Positions 18,558-29,094 of a DNA stretch of 64,000 nt are shown here, piece after piece (position 1 is the first letter of the stretch; each line of letters opens with the position of its first letter). The notes under the pieces are model-generated. The model saw nothing but the letters and a program-made list of their open reading frames with translations, was not told the DNA's origin and made no database searches. The stretch spans positions 21,574 to 85,573 of the forward strand of contig QKEV01000008.1 in assembly GCA_003252295.1 (NCBI GenBank). The letters are read 5' to 3'. The translations under genes and the position numbers were made by a program. Source of the stretch: a bacterium. Lineage in GTDB: Bacteria; Patescibacteriota; Minisyncoccia; Phycocordibacterales; UBA12088.

Positions 18558-19847
18558 ATGGATAAAAAAGAAACAATTTTTTTTGTAGGTATTGGAGGTA
18601 TCGGCATGAGTGCACTTGCCCAGCTGTATCTTTCCCAAGGGAAACTGGTGGTAGGTTCAGACAGAGGTACTTCAAAGGTAACAGAGCTGCTCAAGAGTAA
18701 GGGTGCTACGGTACTTGAAGGTCACAGTGCAGAACATGTACCACAAGAGACAGTTTTACTTGTGTACAGCGATGCAGTCCCTGAGGATAATGTTGAACGT
18801 ACTCGCGGAAGAGAACTAAATATTCGGGAGCTTTCATACTTTGAAGCACTCGGTGAGGCAACAGGTAGTGGAGTGTCTATTGTGGTTACAGGAACACACG
18901 GTAAAACTACCACTACTGCAATGATAGCGAAAGTGCTCATTGAGGCAGGAAAGAAACCTACGGTTATTGCAGGAAGTATACTGAGTGAGTACGGATCAAA
19001 TTTTATTGAGGGGAAACCAGATCTATTTGTTATTGAGGGATGTGAGTACCGAAGACATTTTTTACAGTTGCATCCTGATGTGTTGGTCATCAACAACATT
19101 GAACTTGATCATACTGACTACTACAGAGATCTTGAGGATATGCAGGACGCATTCCGTGAGGTTATAGGGCGTTTACCTGAAAAAGGGGTAGTGGTTACCA
19201 ATACTTCTTCAGAAGCAATCACTGTTGTGCTTGAGGGTGTAGAAAATACTATTGTGCCATTTCAAGGAACAGTAATACCTGAACTTCTCGTAAAAGGTGC
19301 ATACAATAAAGAAAATGCACGTGCAGCAAAAACAGCGGTATTGGCATGTTTTCCAGAAGTTGGTCTTTCAAAAATAGATACAGCACTGAGTTCTTTTGCG
19401 GGTACATGGAGACGGTTTGAATACAAAGGAAAAACAAAGAAGGGTGCATTGGTATACGATGACTATGCGCATCACCCAACTGCTGTTTTAGGAACCATAC
19501 AAATGGCAATGAGTGAGTTTCCTGATAAGAAACTTACTGTTGTTTTTCATCCACACCTGTACTCACGTACGAAGCAATTTTTTGATGGTTTTGCAGATGC
19601 ACTCGCTTATGCTAATGAAGTGCTACTACTCCCTATATATGCTGCACGTGAAGATAAAGATCCAACCATTTCTTCAGAGACACTTGCTGAAGCAGTAAAC
19701 TACAAAAAGGGAAATGCTCAGTTTGTAGAAACGTTTGCAGCAGCTAAAGAGGTGCTTGAGGAGAAAGGTAAGGATACACTCATCCTCACTATGGGTGCAG
19801 GAGATGTGTACCTTCTTGGCGATGAACTCATAGGTGTTGTGGAATAG
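18558..19847 (+). CDS. murC: UDP-N-acetylmuramate--L-alanine ligase
   Basis: FFVGIGGIGMSALAQ...VGSD N-terminus and the P-loop GTHGKTTTTAM. It lies directly downstream of murD. Confidence 0.85.
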   Translation: MDKKETIFFVGIGGIGMSALAQLYLSQGKLVVGSDRGTSKVTELLKSKGATVLEGHSAEHVPQETVLLVYSDAVPEDNVERTRGRELNIRELSYFEALGEATGSGVSIVVTGTHGKTTTTAMIAKVLIEAGKKPTVIAGSILSEYGSNFIEGKPDLFVIEGCEYRRHFLQLHPDVLVINNIELDHTDYYRDLEDMQDAFREVIGRLPEKGVVVTNTSSEAITVVLEGVENTIVPFQGTVIPELLVKGAYNKENARAAKTAVLACFPEVGLSKIDTALSSFAGTWRRFEYKGKTKKGALVYDDYAHHPTAVLGTIQMAMSEFPDKKLTVVFHPHLYSRTKQFFDGFADALAYANEVLLLPIYAAREDKDPTISSETLAEAVNYKKGNAQFVETFAAAKEVLEEKGKDTLILTMGAGDVYLLGDELIGVVE

Positions 19848-19868
19848 TCTTACAAAACTACTTCTATA

Positions 19869-19903
19869 CCATGTAATACTGTAGGTATTACATGGTAATT
19901 TTT
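19869..19903 (+). terminator. Terminator-like perfect palindrome
   Basis: ACCATGTAATAC-tgtagg-GTATTACATGGT: an 11-bp perfect stem, followed by AATTTTTA. Confidence 0.45.
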
Positions 19904-19907
19904 AGAT

Positions 19908-20360
19908 ATGGAACCAGAAACAACACAAGAAAACCAACAAGCACCAGAGCAGAACACGCAGCAAGAGGCATTTGTACCTCTCGATGAAGAGAAAGCAACA
20001 GCATCTACACCAACAGGTGAGTACAAAGATGAAGGATGGTCATGGGGAGCCATGATGTTCAACATGGCATTTGCCATTGCTGTTCGAGAGTACATGTACC
20101 TCTTCGTTTATCTACTCTTCTTGGTGCCGATTGTGAACTTTATTGCAATGCCGGCAGTCATGATATTCTTTGGGCTCAAGGGTAGGGAAATAGCACAGAA
20201 GAGTAAGGTGTTTGCAAACAAAGATCAGTACCTTGGCTTTATGAAAGCGATGGATCATGCAGGATTGATATCCTTTTATATATCACTTGCTTTCTTTGTG
20301 CTTGGAATTTTGGCAATGTTCGGTCTCGGCTCAATTGCCTTTATGGGCATGCACTACTAA
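19908..20360 (+). CDS. Hypothetical membrane protein (acidic N-terminus, 3-4 TM)
   Basis: 150-aa ORF followed by a hairpin terminator (GAACACCA...TGGTGTTC + TTTTTA around 20385-20420). Confidence 0.45.
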   Translation: MEPETTQENQQAPEQNTQQEAFVPLDEEKATASTPTGEYKDEGWSWGAMMFNMAFAIAVREYMYLFVYLLFLVPIVNFIAMPAVMIFFGLKGREIAQKSKVFANKDQYLGFMKAMDHAGLISFYISLAFFVLGILAMFGLGSIAFMGMHY

Positions 20361-20806
20361 TACCTCATCTAGATCAAACTATTACTAGAACACCACCAAA
20401 CAGAAGGATGGTGTTCTTTTTAATAGTCGCTGTGTTTTCGGTTGTATTCAGTGTACCGTTTCATATTTATTTGTGACCAAATTGTCTTTTTGTGTCTTTT
20501 AGAAAAAGACATGTGAATTGACAAAAAAAGTTTTATGCAACCTTATATACAATCCACAGAGTTTTCCACGAAAAAATACCTACTAATACACATGCTTTCC
20601 ACAGCTAATGCTATACTCATGTTAACCCCTGGTCTTGCCACGTATTGCAAGTAAACATATAAAGGACATCCTTAGTGTTCGTTTGTGGTGCAACTTATTA
20701 CAAGTAATTACTAGGGATAGGAAGACACGCTGGCTTCCGTAGGGAACTCGGAGAAATGAGTTACCTAAACTGTATGGCGTCACGCACCATACGGTCTTTT
20801 TTGCAT

Positions 20807-21967
20807 ATGTATTCACCATCACGCAGTATTGCGCTGCAATCGTGGTATATCCGCGTAGCAGTAGTAGTAACTGGAGCTCTTATTTTTTGGGCTTCTGGTC
20901 TTCCTGGCTCCCTGCTAGTTGCACGAGCCGATCAGGTAACAACGCTCTCTGATGTGCTTTCAACAAGTAAACCAGACACGGGAGCAAACCATACCATTAC
21001 ATTTGGCACACCTACGGGAGTTCCTGCAGATGGTTCAACTATAGTGGTAACTATGCCTACCGGATTTACCATGGGTTCACTTGGCGAGGATGATATTGAT
21101 ATTACAGATGATGGTGTCGACCTAACGACAGATACTGTCTGTGGAGCAGTGAATGCTGCAGTAACTGTTTCAGGACAGGATATAACCATTGAAATATGTA
21201 GTGGCGGCGGCGGTGCTATTGCAGCTGCGAGTACGATTACTATCGAGATAGGTACCAATGCTACAGCATCAGGTACTGGCGCAAACCAAGTAACTAACAA
21301 TGCTACAGTGGGTGAGTATGAGGTGTTGATAGGTGGAACTATGGCTGATGAGGGTTACACAAAAATTGCAATAATTGACAGTGTTACCATTACTGGTGAG
21401 GTTCAGAACTTCTTTGAGTTTACTATTGGTGGTGTTGATACGGGATTAACGGTAAATGCAGACGCAACACTTACCACTGGAACAACAACAGCCACATCAG
21501 TACCGTTTGGTATTGTTTCTGCAGGAAGTGAGTATGTACTTGCACAAGATCTTACGGTAAACACAAACTCAGCAAATGGTTTTATTGTTTCAGTGTTTGC
21601 AGATGGAGATCTTGAATCTTCAACAGGAGCAACGATTAACTCTTTCAGTGATGGAACGTATGAGGCAGTACCAACAACATGGGCACAACCTTCAGCAATA
21701 CCGGGTAGTGCGGATACATATGGACACTGGGGTGTTACAACAGAAGATACAACACTTTCTGATGATGATTCGTTTGGTGATGCATTGTATGTAGGTGATT
21801 TCGTAAGTAGTGCACGGGAAATAATGTATGCAACATCAAGTGCTGATGCTATTACCCCGGATATTGGTTCAACACGAGTTGGTTTCAAAATGGAGGTAAG
21901 TAGTATGCAGGAGGCGGCAACTGACTACACGACACGGCTTGTATATATAGCTACTCCGGTATTCTAA
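20807..21967 (+). CDS. Secreted Thr/Gly/Ala-rich beta-rich surface protein (hypothetical)
   Basis: Signal-like MYSPSRSIALQSWYIRVAVVVTGALIFWASGLPGSLLVARA, then a low-charge T/G/A/V-rich sequence. The ORF-track start at 20756 is probably an upstream extension. Confidence 0.5.
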   Translation: MYSPSRSIALQSWYIRVAVVVTGALIFWASGLPGSLLVARADQVTTLSDVLSTSKPDTGANHTITFGTPTGVPADGSTIVVTMPTGFTMGSLGEDDIDITDDGVDLTTDTVCGAVNAAVTVSGQDITIEICSGGGGAIAAASTITIEIGTNATASGTGANQVTNNATVGEYEVLIGGTMADEGYTKIAIIDSVTITGEVQNFFEFTIGGVDTGLTVNADATLTTGTTTATSVPFGIVSAGSEYVLAQDLTVNTNSANGFIVSVFADGDLESSTGATINSFSDGTYEAVPTTWAQPSAIPGSADTYGHWGVTTEDTTLSDDDSFGDALYVGDFVSSAREIMYATSSADAITPDIGSTRVGFKMEVSSMQEAATDYTTRLVYIATPVF

Positions 21968-22053
21968 AGTTTAGGTTTATTGGTTTTGAATTTTGAAAAT
22001 ACAGTATCTGTTTGATGCTGTATTTTCGTTTGTTTCAAGGTATACTCACTCTT

Positions 22054-22734
22054 ATGACAGCAAAACTGTATGTAGTTGCAACACCTATAGGAAACCTTGA
22101 GGATATTACCTTGAGAGCTCTTCGAGTGCTCAAGGAATCTGATGTGATTTTGTGTGAGGATACAAGGGTGACAAAGAAACTCCTTATACACTATGGTATT
22201 GCAACACCAACACTCTCATACCATACGCATTCTGGTGATGCGAAGTATGAAAAGGTATTTTCTTTTCTTGAGGATGGAAAGATGGTATCCCTTGTTTCAG
22301 ATGCTGGCACACCAACTATTTCAGATCCAGGTGCACGTTTGGTTGCTAAGATTCGTGAACAGTTTGGTGATACTGTTTCTATTGAGGCAATTCCCGGTCC
22401 GAGTGCAGTTGTTGCTGCACTTTCAGTAGCTGGGGTACACGCTGACACGTTCACTTTTTTAGGATTTCCACCACATAAGAAAGGGAGGGAAACATTTTTT
22501 ACCACACTTGCCACCTATGAACATACTGTTGTGTTTTACGAGTCGCCGCATCGTGTTATGAAGGCGCTCTATGCACTACGAGATCGACTTGAACCTGCAA
22601 AGAGTGTCACCGTGGTACGAGAAATCACTAAGGTTTTTGAAGAAGTGGTTTCTGGTACCTTGGATGAGGTTTGCGACCACTTCGAAGCACATACTGACAC
22701 GGTAAAAGGTGAATTCGTTATTATCATTTCGTAG
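22054..22734 (+). CDS. rsmI: 16S rRNA (cytidine1402-2'-O)-methyltransferase
   Basis: LYVVATPIGNLEDITLRALRVLKESDVILCEDTR and the tetrapyrrole-methylase fold. The likely start is MTAKLYVV. Confidence 0.9.
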   Translation: MTAKLYVVATPIGNLEDITLRALRVLKESDVILCEDTRVTKKLLIHYGIATPTLSYHTHSGDAKYEKVFSFLEDGKMVSLVSDAGTPTISDPGARLVAKIREQFGDTVSIEAIPGPSAVVAALSVAGVHADTFTFLGFPPHKKGRETFFTTLATYEHTVVFYESPHRVMKALYALRDRLEPAKSVTVVREITKVFEEVVSGTLDEVCDHFEAHTDTVKGEFVIIIS

Positions 22735-22770
22735 TTTGGTGGAAGTGCATAAAACAAGTACAATAGTCCC

Positions 22771-23040
22771 ATGCGAAAAGATATTTTTCTATACATCATT
22801 GGTCTACTTGTATTTTTGATACCATTTCTTGGTGTTCCAGAAGCTTGGAAGACTAACGCACTCTTCGTACTTGGGGCTAGTATCGTACTCGGTGCGTTTG
22901 CCTGCCGTATGACTATACGTCGACTTGAGCGAAACGAGCATGAATACTTCTATGAAGAGAACACCCCTAATGAGGGTCCTGATGTGACGAGTGTGGGTAA
23001 TCATAATTATCAAGAAGAGGGTGTGTACGAGGGTCAATAG
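22771..23040 (+). CDS. Small membrane protein (hypothetical)
   Basis: 89 aa with two predicted TM helices. Confidence 0.4.
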   Translation: MRKDIFLYIIGLLVFLIPFLGVPEAWKTNALFVLGASIVLGAFACRMTIRRLERNEHEYFYEENTPNEGPDVTSVGNHNYQEEGVYEGQ

Positions 23041-23053
23041 ATAGGAGAGTGGT

Positions 23054-24511
23054 ATGACCCAACCTAAAAAAACAAAGAAGGAAAAAAAGAAAGAAAAGAA
23101 ACGTGTTCCAGTAAAGAGAAATACTGTACTTTTTGGAGTGTTACTTTTGACCTTGGTTGCAATGGGTGCAGTCATGTTTTACTCATATCCTGCAATACTT
23201 TCTTCAAGGTACAGTGTTACCTCAACACATGCTGAAGCAGAGGGGGTAGATGTTGTAAGTGAAGTAGCAACAACAACTCCAGAACAGGAGGTTGAGGTGA
23301 GGGAAGAAATGGTGGGACCAATACCAGACTACATAGATACACCAGAAGCAGTGCGTGCAATTTACATGACCCAGTGTGTTGTGGGTACTCCATCGTTTCG
23401 TGCAGATCTCGTAGAGCTTATTGATGAGACGGAGCTCAACGCGGTTGTTATTGACATAAAGGACTATACCGGGAAACTTGCCTTTACTACAGATACTCCT
23501 GAACTTGCCCCATCGGTATCTGACCAGTGCGGTGCACGTGATATGAAGAGTTTTGTTGAACTGCTGCATGGGAAGGGTATTTACGTTATTGGACGTATTA
23601 CCGTGTTCCAGGATCCGTACTACTCACTTGCACATCCCGAACTTGCAGTGAAGTTTGCAAGTCCAGCAGGGGAGGTTTGGAAAGACAACAAAGGTCTTTC
23701 ATTTATTGATGTTGGTGCCGAGCCGTTTTGGGATTACATTGTTACGATCTCTCGTGAGGCGCATCTACTTGGCTTTGATGAACTCAACTACGATTATGTT
23801 CGTTTTCCATCTGATGGACCAATGAGTAATATTCACTTTGATTGGGCAGGGGACAGTACACCAAAGCAGGTTGCACTTGAGAAGTTTTTTGCATACCTCA
23901 GTAGTGAAATAAAAGATGAGACAAAGTATCCTATTGGAGTGAAGCCACCGGTTATCTCGGCTGACCTCTTCGGTATGGTAACGACAAACTATGATGACCT
24001 GAATATTGGACAGGTGCTTGAGCGTGCACTACCGTATTTTGATTACATAGACCCAATGGTGTACCCGAGTCATTACCCGAGTGGTTTTAATGGATGGAGT
24101 AATCCAAATACGGTGCCATATGCACTCATTAAGTTTGTGCTTGATAGTGCCGTGAGAAGAACAGTAGCGACACAGTCACCAATCGATACGTTGCTTTCAG
24201 ATCCTGTCATGAAGACAGTGGTTGTTCCTCCTGCAGCAAGCACCACAGCAACTACTACAAAGGAAGTGGCAACTGGTATGTACACGAAGGATGCATATGA
24301 TAAAGATAAGATACGTCCATGGCTCCAGGACTTTGACTATGGTGGTGATTACGATATACCGGAAGTGAAGGCACAGATCCAGGCAACGTACGATGCGGGT
24401 CTTGATTCGTGGCTACTTTGGGCACCTTCAAATCGATACACTCGCGGTGCATTGAAGGATGCCGTGGCTACACAGGCTACAGTTTCCACTTCAACTTCAA
24501 TCTCACTTTGA
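23054..24511 (+). CDS. Membrane-anchored putative glycoside hydrolase (DUF4015/GH-like TIM barrel)
   Basis: N-terminal lysine-rich stretch plus a TM. It has VVIDIKDYTGKL and ...GFDELNYDYVRFP motifs resembling the DUF4015 'putative glycosyl hydrolase' family. Confidence 0.55.
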   Translation: MTQPKKTKKEKKKEKKRVPVKRNTVLFGVLLLTLVAMGAVMFYSYPAILSSRYSVTSTHAEAEGVDVVSEVATTTPEQEVEVREEMVGPIPDYIDTPEAVRAIYMTQCVVGTPSFRADLVELIDETELNAVVIDIKDYTGKLAFTTDTPELAPSVSDQCGARDMKSFVELLHGKGIYVIGRITVFQDPYYSLAHPELAVKFASPAGEVWKDNKGLSFIDVGAEPFWDYIVTISREAHLLGFDELNYDYVRFPSDGPMSNIHFDWAGDSTPKQVALEKFFAYLSSEIKDETKYPIGVKPPVISADLFGMVTTNYDDLNIGQVLERALPYFDYIDPMVYPSHYPSGFNGWSNPNTVPYALIKFVLDSAVRRTVATQSPIDTLLSDPVMKTVVVPPAASTTATTTKEVATGMYTKDAYDKDKIRPWLQDFDYGGDYDIPEVKAQIQATYDAGLDSWLLWAPSNRYTRGALKDAVATQATVSTSTSISL

Positions 24512-24745
24512 TATAGAATTTATTCATTTGGATGAAGTTCGAGGCATCGAGGAAGCATTAGCTTGAGTTACACCACAAGGGTGCTTCATTTTTCTAATTC
24601 GTTCCTCATAAGAAAAATTAGTCGTACTAAACGTATTGTGAAAGTTATACTAACGAAGATAACAAAGAAATTCACCGAATGAATAGGTTCTATTGGTGGA
24701 GAGTAAAGCTAAACATAAACACAATACTACCGTATACTTACTAGT

Positions 24746-26695
24746 ATGAATGGACTTTCTATACGAAGTCTGATGAAGGATCATAACGTACCTGAAGATG
24801 AGCGCGTAACGTACTTTGGTGTCACAGACAGTAGAAACAGGATGCAACCGTTTGGCATAAAACGGGAGGATAGATCTCGTCATACCTACGTTATCGGAAA
24901 GACGGGAATGGGAAAATCTACGCTCCTCGAAAACATGGCAGCCCAAGATATTTTAAACGGCGAGGGTCTGTGTTTTATTGATCCGCATGGTGGTTCTGTT
25001 GAGATGATGCTCAACTACATTCCTGAAGATCGTGTGAAGGATGTGTTGTACTTTGCACCATTTGATATGGAGTATCCTATTTCCTTTAATGTGCTAGAGG
25101 ATGTTGATGCCGACAAGCGCCATTTGGTGGTAGCTGGACTCATGAGTACCTTCGAGAAGATATGGGTAGATGCTTGGAGTTCACGTATGGCATACATTTT
25201 GCAGAATACACTTGCAGCACTTTTGGAGTTCCCAGGAGCAACCTTACTTTCGGTAAACAGGATGTACATTGATAAAGAGTACCGAAAAAATGTTATAGCA
25301 AACATTACTGACTCATCAGTACGTTCGTTTTGGGTGGATGAGTACAGCAAGTACACAGATAGGTATGCACAAGAGGCAACACCTGCTATTCAGAACAAGA
25401 TTGGTCAGTTCTCTTCAAATGCACTCGTGCGAAACGTAATAGGGCAGCCGCACAGTTCCTTTGATATCCGTAAACTCATGGATGAACGAAAAATCTTTTT
25501 GGTAAATCTTTCAAAAGGGCGCATTGGTGAGGGTAACGCAAACCTGCTCGGTAACATGCTCATTACCAAGATCTACCTCGCTGCTATGAGCAGAGCTGAT
25601 GCTGCGCCGAGAGAGATGAAGGTACTCCCGCCGTTCTATCTTTTTGTTGACGAGTTTCAAAACTTTGCAAATCGAAGTTTTGCTGACATTCTCTCAGAGG
25701 CACGTAAGTACAAGCTTGCACTTACCATAGCACACCAGTACGTGGAGCAAATGGACGAGGAGGTGCGTGCTGCCGTGTTTGGAAACGTTGGAACAATGAT
25801 GACGTTTCGTGTAGGAGCGTACGATGCCGAGGTACTTGAAAAGGAATTTGCTCCAGTCTTCACAGCTGATGACTTGGTGAACCTTGGAGCTCGTCAGATA
25901 TACCTCAAGCTCATGATAGATGGTATTTCTTCAGCACCGTTCAGTGCCCGAACCTTGCCACCTGTTGAGGAACCTGAGGTGAGTCATAGGGACAGAGCCA
26001 TGGCATACTCACGGTCACTCTATGCTCAGCCACGTGGAGAAGTAGAAGCCCGTATCTCTGAATGGGTAAACATGAAGTATGAGGATCCTGAGAAGGACGC
26101 TAAAGATGCAGCACGTGCACAAAGAAGAGCAGAACGTGATAGGGATGAGAGAGGAGGTGGTAATAATGGCTTTGGTAACAATGGTGGACGTACGCCAAGA
26201 CGAAACGGTGAACAAAAGAAAAACGCAGAGAATAGTGACGAGTATAAAAAAGACCTACGTAATCTCCTCAAGAAAATGACACATGATACGAAGGGAGAGG
26301 TAAAAGGTAGTACTCCTCAGAAAGTAGTATCACAAAAGGTAGTGAACGAAGACAAGAAGGGTATATCTTCGCAAGAAAAAAGACCATTATCGAAACCTGC
26401 AACAACCTTTGTTCCCAAAAAAGATGATGGTAAGGGGATAACCGATGAGGGAAAGTCAGAGTTGCGAAACCTGTTGCAATCACTCACCAAGAAAACTCCT
26501 CAAAAGGAAGAGAGACAAGGTGAGAGTGCTGTAGGAGAAAAGGTGTCAAAAAAAGAATCTACTAAAGAGCAGGAATCAAAACAAGCGGAAGAGAAAAAGG
26601 AAGCAAGTGTTGCAAAGCACCGTATTGCTCCAATAGAGATACCAAAAGAAAAACTAGATGAGATGCTTCATGTAGATAAACCTAATCTTGAGTAG
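24746..26695 (+). CDS. P-loop ATPase of the TraG/VirD4/HerA (AAA_10/DUF87-like) superfamily with a long disordered K/E/R-rich tail
   Basis: Walker A HTYVIGKTGMGKSTLLENM. Walker B follows ~250 aa later (LFVDEFQNF). Then KYKLALTIAHQ (sensor/arginine region) and a low-complexity C-terminus (GGGNNGFGNNGG, KKE repeats). Confidence 0.5.
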   Translation: MNGLSIRSLMKDHNVPEDERVTYFGVTDSRNRMQPFGIKREDRSRHTYVIGKTGMGKSTLLENMAAQDILNGEGLCFIDPHGGSVEMMLNYIPEDRVKDVLYFAPFDMEYPISFNVLEDVDADKRHLVVAGLMSTFEKIWVDAWSSRMAYILQNTLAALLEFPGATLLSVNRMYIDKEYRKNVIANITDSSVRSFWVDEYSKYTDRYAQEATPAIQNKIGQFSSNALVRNVIGQPHSSFDIRKLMDERKIFLVNLSKGRIGEGNANLLGNMLITKIYLAAMSRADAAPREMKVLPPFYLFVDEFQNFANRSFADILSEARKYKLALTIAHQYVEQMDEEVRAAVFGNVGTMMTFRVGAYDAEVLEKEFAPVFTADDLVNLGARQIYLKLMIDGISSAPFSARTLPPVEEPEVSHRDRAMAYSRSLYAQPRGEVEARISEWVNMKYEDPEKDAKDAARAQRRAERDRDERGGGNNGFGNNGGRTPRRNGEQKKNAENSDEYKKDLRNLLKKMTHDTKGEVKGSTPQKVVSQKVVNEDKKGISSQEKRPLSKPATTFVPKKDDGKGITDEGKSELRNLLQSLTKKTPQKEERQGESAVGEKVSKKESTKEQESKQAEEKKEASVAKHRIAPIEIPKEKLDEMLHVDKPNLE

Positions 26696-28139
26696 AATGT
26701 TCTGGCGTAACGGTACAATCTTGCTGTTTACCTTACTTTTTACCCCTCTTGTTACAAATGCCTCAGTGTATATTTCTGAAGTTGCTTGGATGGGTGATAG
26801 TGATAATGCAAATGCAGAGTGGATAGAGCTTTACAATGATGGCGTAGAAGTTGATTTGTCAGAATGGACACTCACTGCAAGTGATGGTCAGCCGAGTATT
26901 GTGCTCACTGGTGTGCTTGGGGTAGATAGCTACGCGCTTCTCGAACGTACAAGCGATGAGACGGTTCCATTTCAGCCAGCTTTCATGGTGTACAGTGGAG
27001 CGCTCGGTAATACGGGGGAGTTACTTGAGCTACGTGATCAGAACGGAGTATTGGTGGATAGTGTTGATGGAAGTGATGAGTGGAGTATCGGAGGTAATAA
27101 CGATACGAAAGAAACATTGCAACGCTCTGGTAATCCACCGATTGGTACTTGGATAACGAGCACCCCAACGCCACAAGGTAGTGAACCTATTAGTGTTTCA
27201 AATGATGATGATGCTAATGAGGTGAGCAGTGCAGCACGGTCATTAAGTGCAGGTGGAAGGGTAATCTACGGAAAAGAAAGTGATGACGATGATGAAGTAC
27301 ATTTAGAACCAGCACTTATTTTAACTATTGGTGATGACCGTACGGTAACGAGAGGTGTACCGGTCACCTTCAGTGCAAAGACTTACACAGAACATGGGAG
27401 AGAACGGGTCATTGATACTGTTCAGTGGAGTTTTGGTGATGGGGCAGTTGCTGAGGGTAGAGAGGTTACTCACGAGTACAACTATACGGGTGATTACGTG
27501 GTTGCTGCTAGAGCAGTGCGTGGTGGCTTCATGGAAGAGATAACTGATTCAGATTCAGTGGTTATTCATGTAGTAGAACCGACCGTTAGCATAGTGCAGG
27601 CAAGTGGTGACTTTGTAGAGGTAAAGAATAACGGAAGGGAACGGTATGACCTTTCTGGTCATATTCTCACAACAGAGACTGCACACTTCGTGGTGCCGGA
27701 GAATACCTACATACTGCCGAATGCATCGGTGCGGTTTTGTAGAGAGTATACTGGGGTACATGGTAGTGCTGTTACCTTGCGATACCCTGGTGGTGAGGTG
27801 TTGAGTACCTATGCAACCACCGAAGAACTCGCTCCTGTGACACCAGTTGTCACGAAAGAGTACAGGGAGTTGGGTACCGTTGTGGAAGAAAAGAGTGTAC
27901 CTACCACTGAACAAGAGCTAGATGAAGTAGTATACCTACCCAGTGAAATAGCTGCAGTAGCACATGCTTACGATGGGGAGGTGTTCAGTTCGGGAGATGG
28001 TAGTACTGAACAGTCGCCCTGGTGGTGGATTCTTGGTCTATTTACCGCTATAGTAACTGTTATTGTCGTAACGCTCTTGGTGCGTCATGAGGAACAGGAG
28101 GTGATAGAAGGGTTTGTTATAGAAACAATTGATGGCTAA
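26688..28139 (+). CDS. Lamin-tail-domain (LTD) protein, secreted with C-terminal TM anchor
   Basis: ISEVAWMGDSDNANAEWIELYNDGVEVDLSEWTL is the LTD signature. A second LTD-like block follows (FVEVKNNGRERYDLSGHIL). The C-terminal TM is WWWILGLFTAIVTVIVVTLLV. Confidence 0.7.
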   Translation: MSRMFWRNGTILLFTLLFTPLVTNASVYISEVAWMGDSDNANAEWIELYNDGVEVDLSEWTLTASDGQPSIVLTGVLGVDSYALLERTSDETVPFQPAFMVYSGALGNTGELLELRDQNGVLVDSVDGSDEWSIGGNNDTKETLQRSGNPPIGTWITSTPTPQGSEPISVSNDDDANEVSSAARSLSAGGRVIYGKESDDDDEVHLEPALILTIGDDRTVTRGVPVTFSAKTYTEHGRERVIDTVQWSFGDGAVAEGREVTHEYNYTGDYVVAARAVRGGFMEEITDSDSVVIHVVEPTVSIVQASGDFVEVKNNGRERYDLSGHILTTETAHFVVPENTYILPNASVRFCREYTGVHGSAVTLRYPGGEVLSTYATTEELAPVTPVVTKEYRELGTVVEEKSVPTTEQELDEVVYLPSEIAAVAHAYDGEVFSSGDGSTEQSPWWWILGLFTAIVTVIVVTLLVRHEEQEVIEGFVIETIDG

Positions 28140-28151
28140 TTTTAAAGAGGT

Positions 28152-29033
28152 ATGGAAAACAAAAAAGTAATACTTGTAACGGGTGGTGCAGGGTTTGTGG
28201 GAAGTCATCTCGTGGAGGCGCTCGTTAGTGATGAGAACAACCAGGTTATTTCACTCGACAACTATTTTACCGGTTCAAAGGAGAACCATGTAGAGGGTGC
28301 TGAGTACCGTGAAGGGCATACCAAGGATATTGCCATGTTGGTACCTGAGCAACCTGACATCGTGTACCATCTCGGTGAGTACTCACGCGTTCGGCAAAGC
28401 TTAGATGAGCCGGATGTGGTGTGGGACCTCAACATGGCTGGGACACTTGCGGTGCTTGAGTACTGGCGTGAGAAAAAGTGTAAGCTGGTGTACGCCGGTT
28501 CAAGTACGAAGTTTACCGATACACGAGAGGACGGTGTCGAGGGGAGAAACCTTGCACCGTACACATGGGCAAAAGCTGCGACCACAGACCTCGTGGTGAA
28601 CTACGCTCGATGGTACAATCTTTCTTTTGTGAACACGTACTTTTACAACGTGTATGGTCCGCGAGAACTTGGTGGCAAGCATGGTACGGTGATACCAATA
28701 CTTTTAGATAGGTACAGAAAGGGAGAACCGCTCACTATTGCGAGCCCTGGAACACAAGAGCGTTGCTTTACCCATGTACTCGACACGGTAGATGGCATAC
28801 TCCTTGCTGCCAAGAAGGGTGAGGGTGATGGGTACGGTATTGGAACAGATGAAGTACATTCACTCTTGGAACTTGCTGAGATGATAGGAGGAGAAATAGA
28901 AATGTTGCCACAGACGAAGAGTACCCGTTCCTCAGACATTGTTGATTCAGAAAAAGTAAAAGCTCTTGGCTGGAAACCACGGCACACCCTCAAAGACTAC
29001 ATAGATGAGGTGAAGGGAAATATTGACATGTAA
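28152..29033 (+). CDS. NAD-dependent sugar epimerase/dehydratase (extended SDR)
   Basis: VILVTGGAGFVGSHL Rossmann motif. The YxxxK region is conserved. It is shorter than GalE, resembling a UDP-sugar decarboxylase or epimerase. Confidence 0.8.
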   Translation: MENKKVILVTGGAGFVGSHLVEALVSDENNQVISLDNYFTGSKENHVEGAEYREGHTKDIAMLVPEQPDIVYHLGEYSRVRQSLDEPDVVWDLNMAGTLAVLEYWREKKCKLVYAGSSTKFTDTREDGVEGRNLAPYTWAKAATTDLVVNYARWYNLSFVNTYFYNVYGPRELGGKHGTVIPILLDRYRKGEPLTIASPGTQERCFTHVLDTVDGILLAAKKGEGDGYGIGTDEVHSLLELAEMIGGEIEMLPQTKSTRSSDIVDSEKVKALGWKPRHTLKDYIDEVKGNIDM

Positions 29034-29094
29034 ACTAATACATCGTACTCTCGTGGTAGGTTTTCAACATTAAAAACATACAAGGAGGTGTTCT

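Noticed and set aside
28262-28993. Several minus-strand ORFs (28262, 28500, 28513, 28643, 28768) inside the SDR epimerase gene
   Set aside because: Antisense to a gene with a clear Rossmann motif. GC-rich antisense frames commonly stay open.
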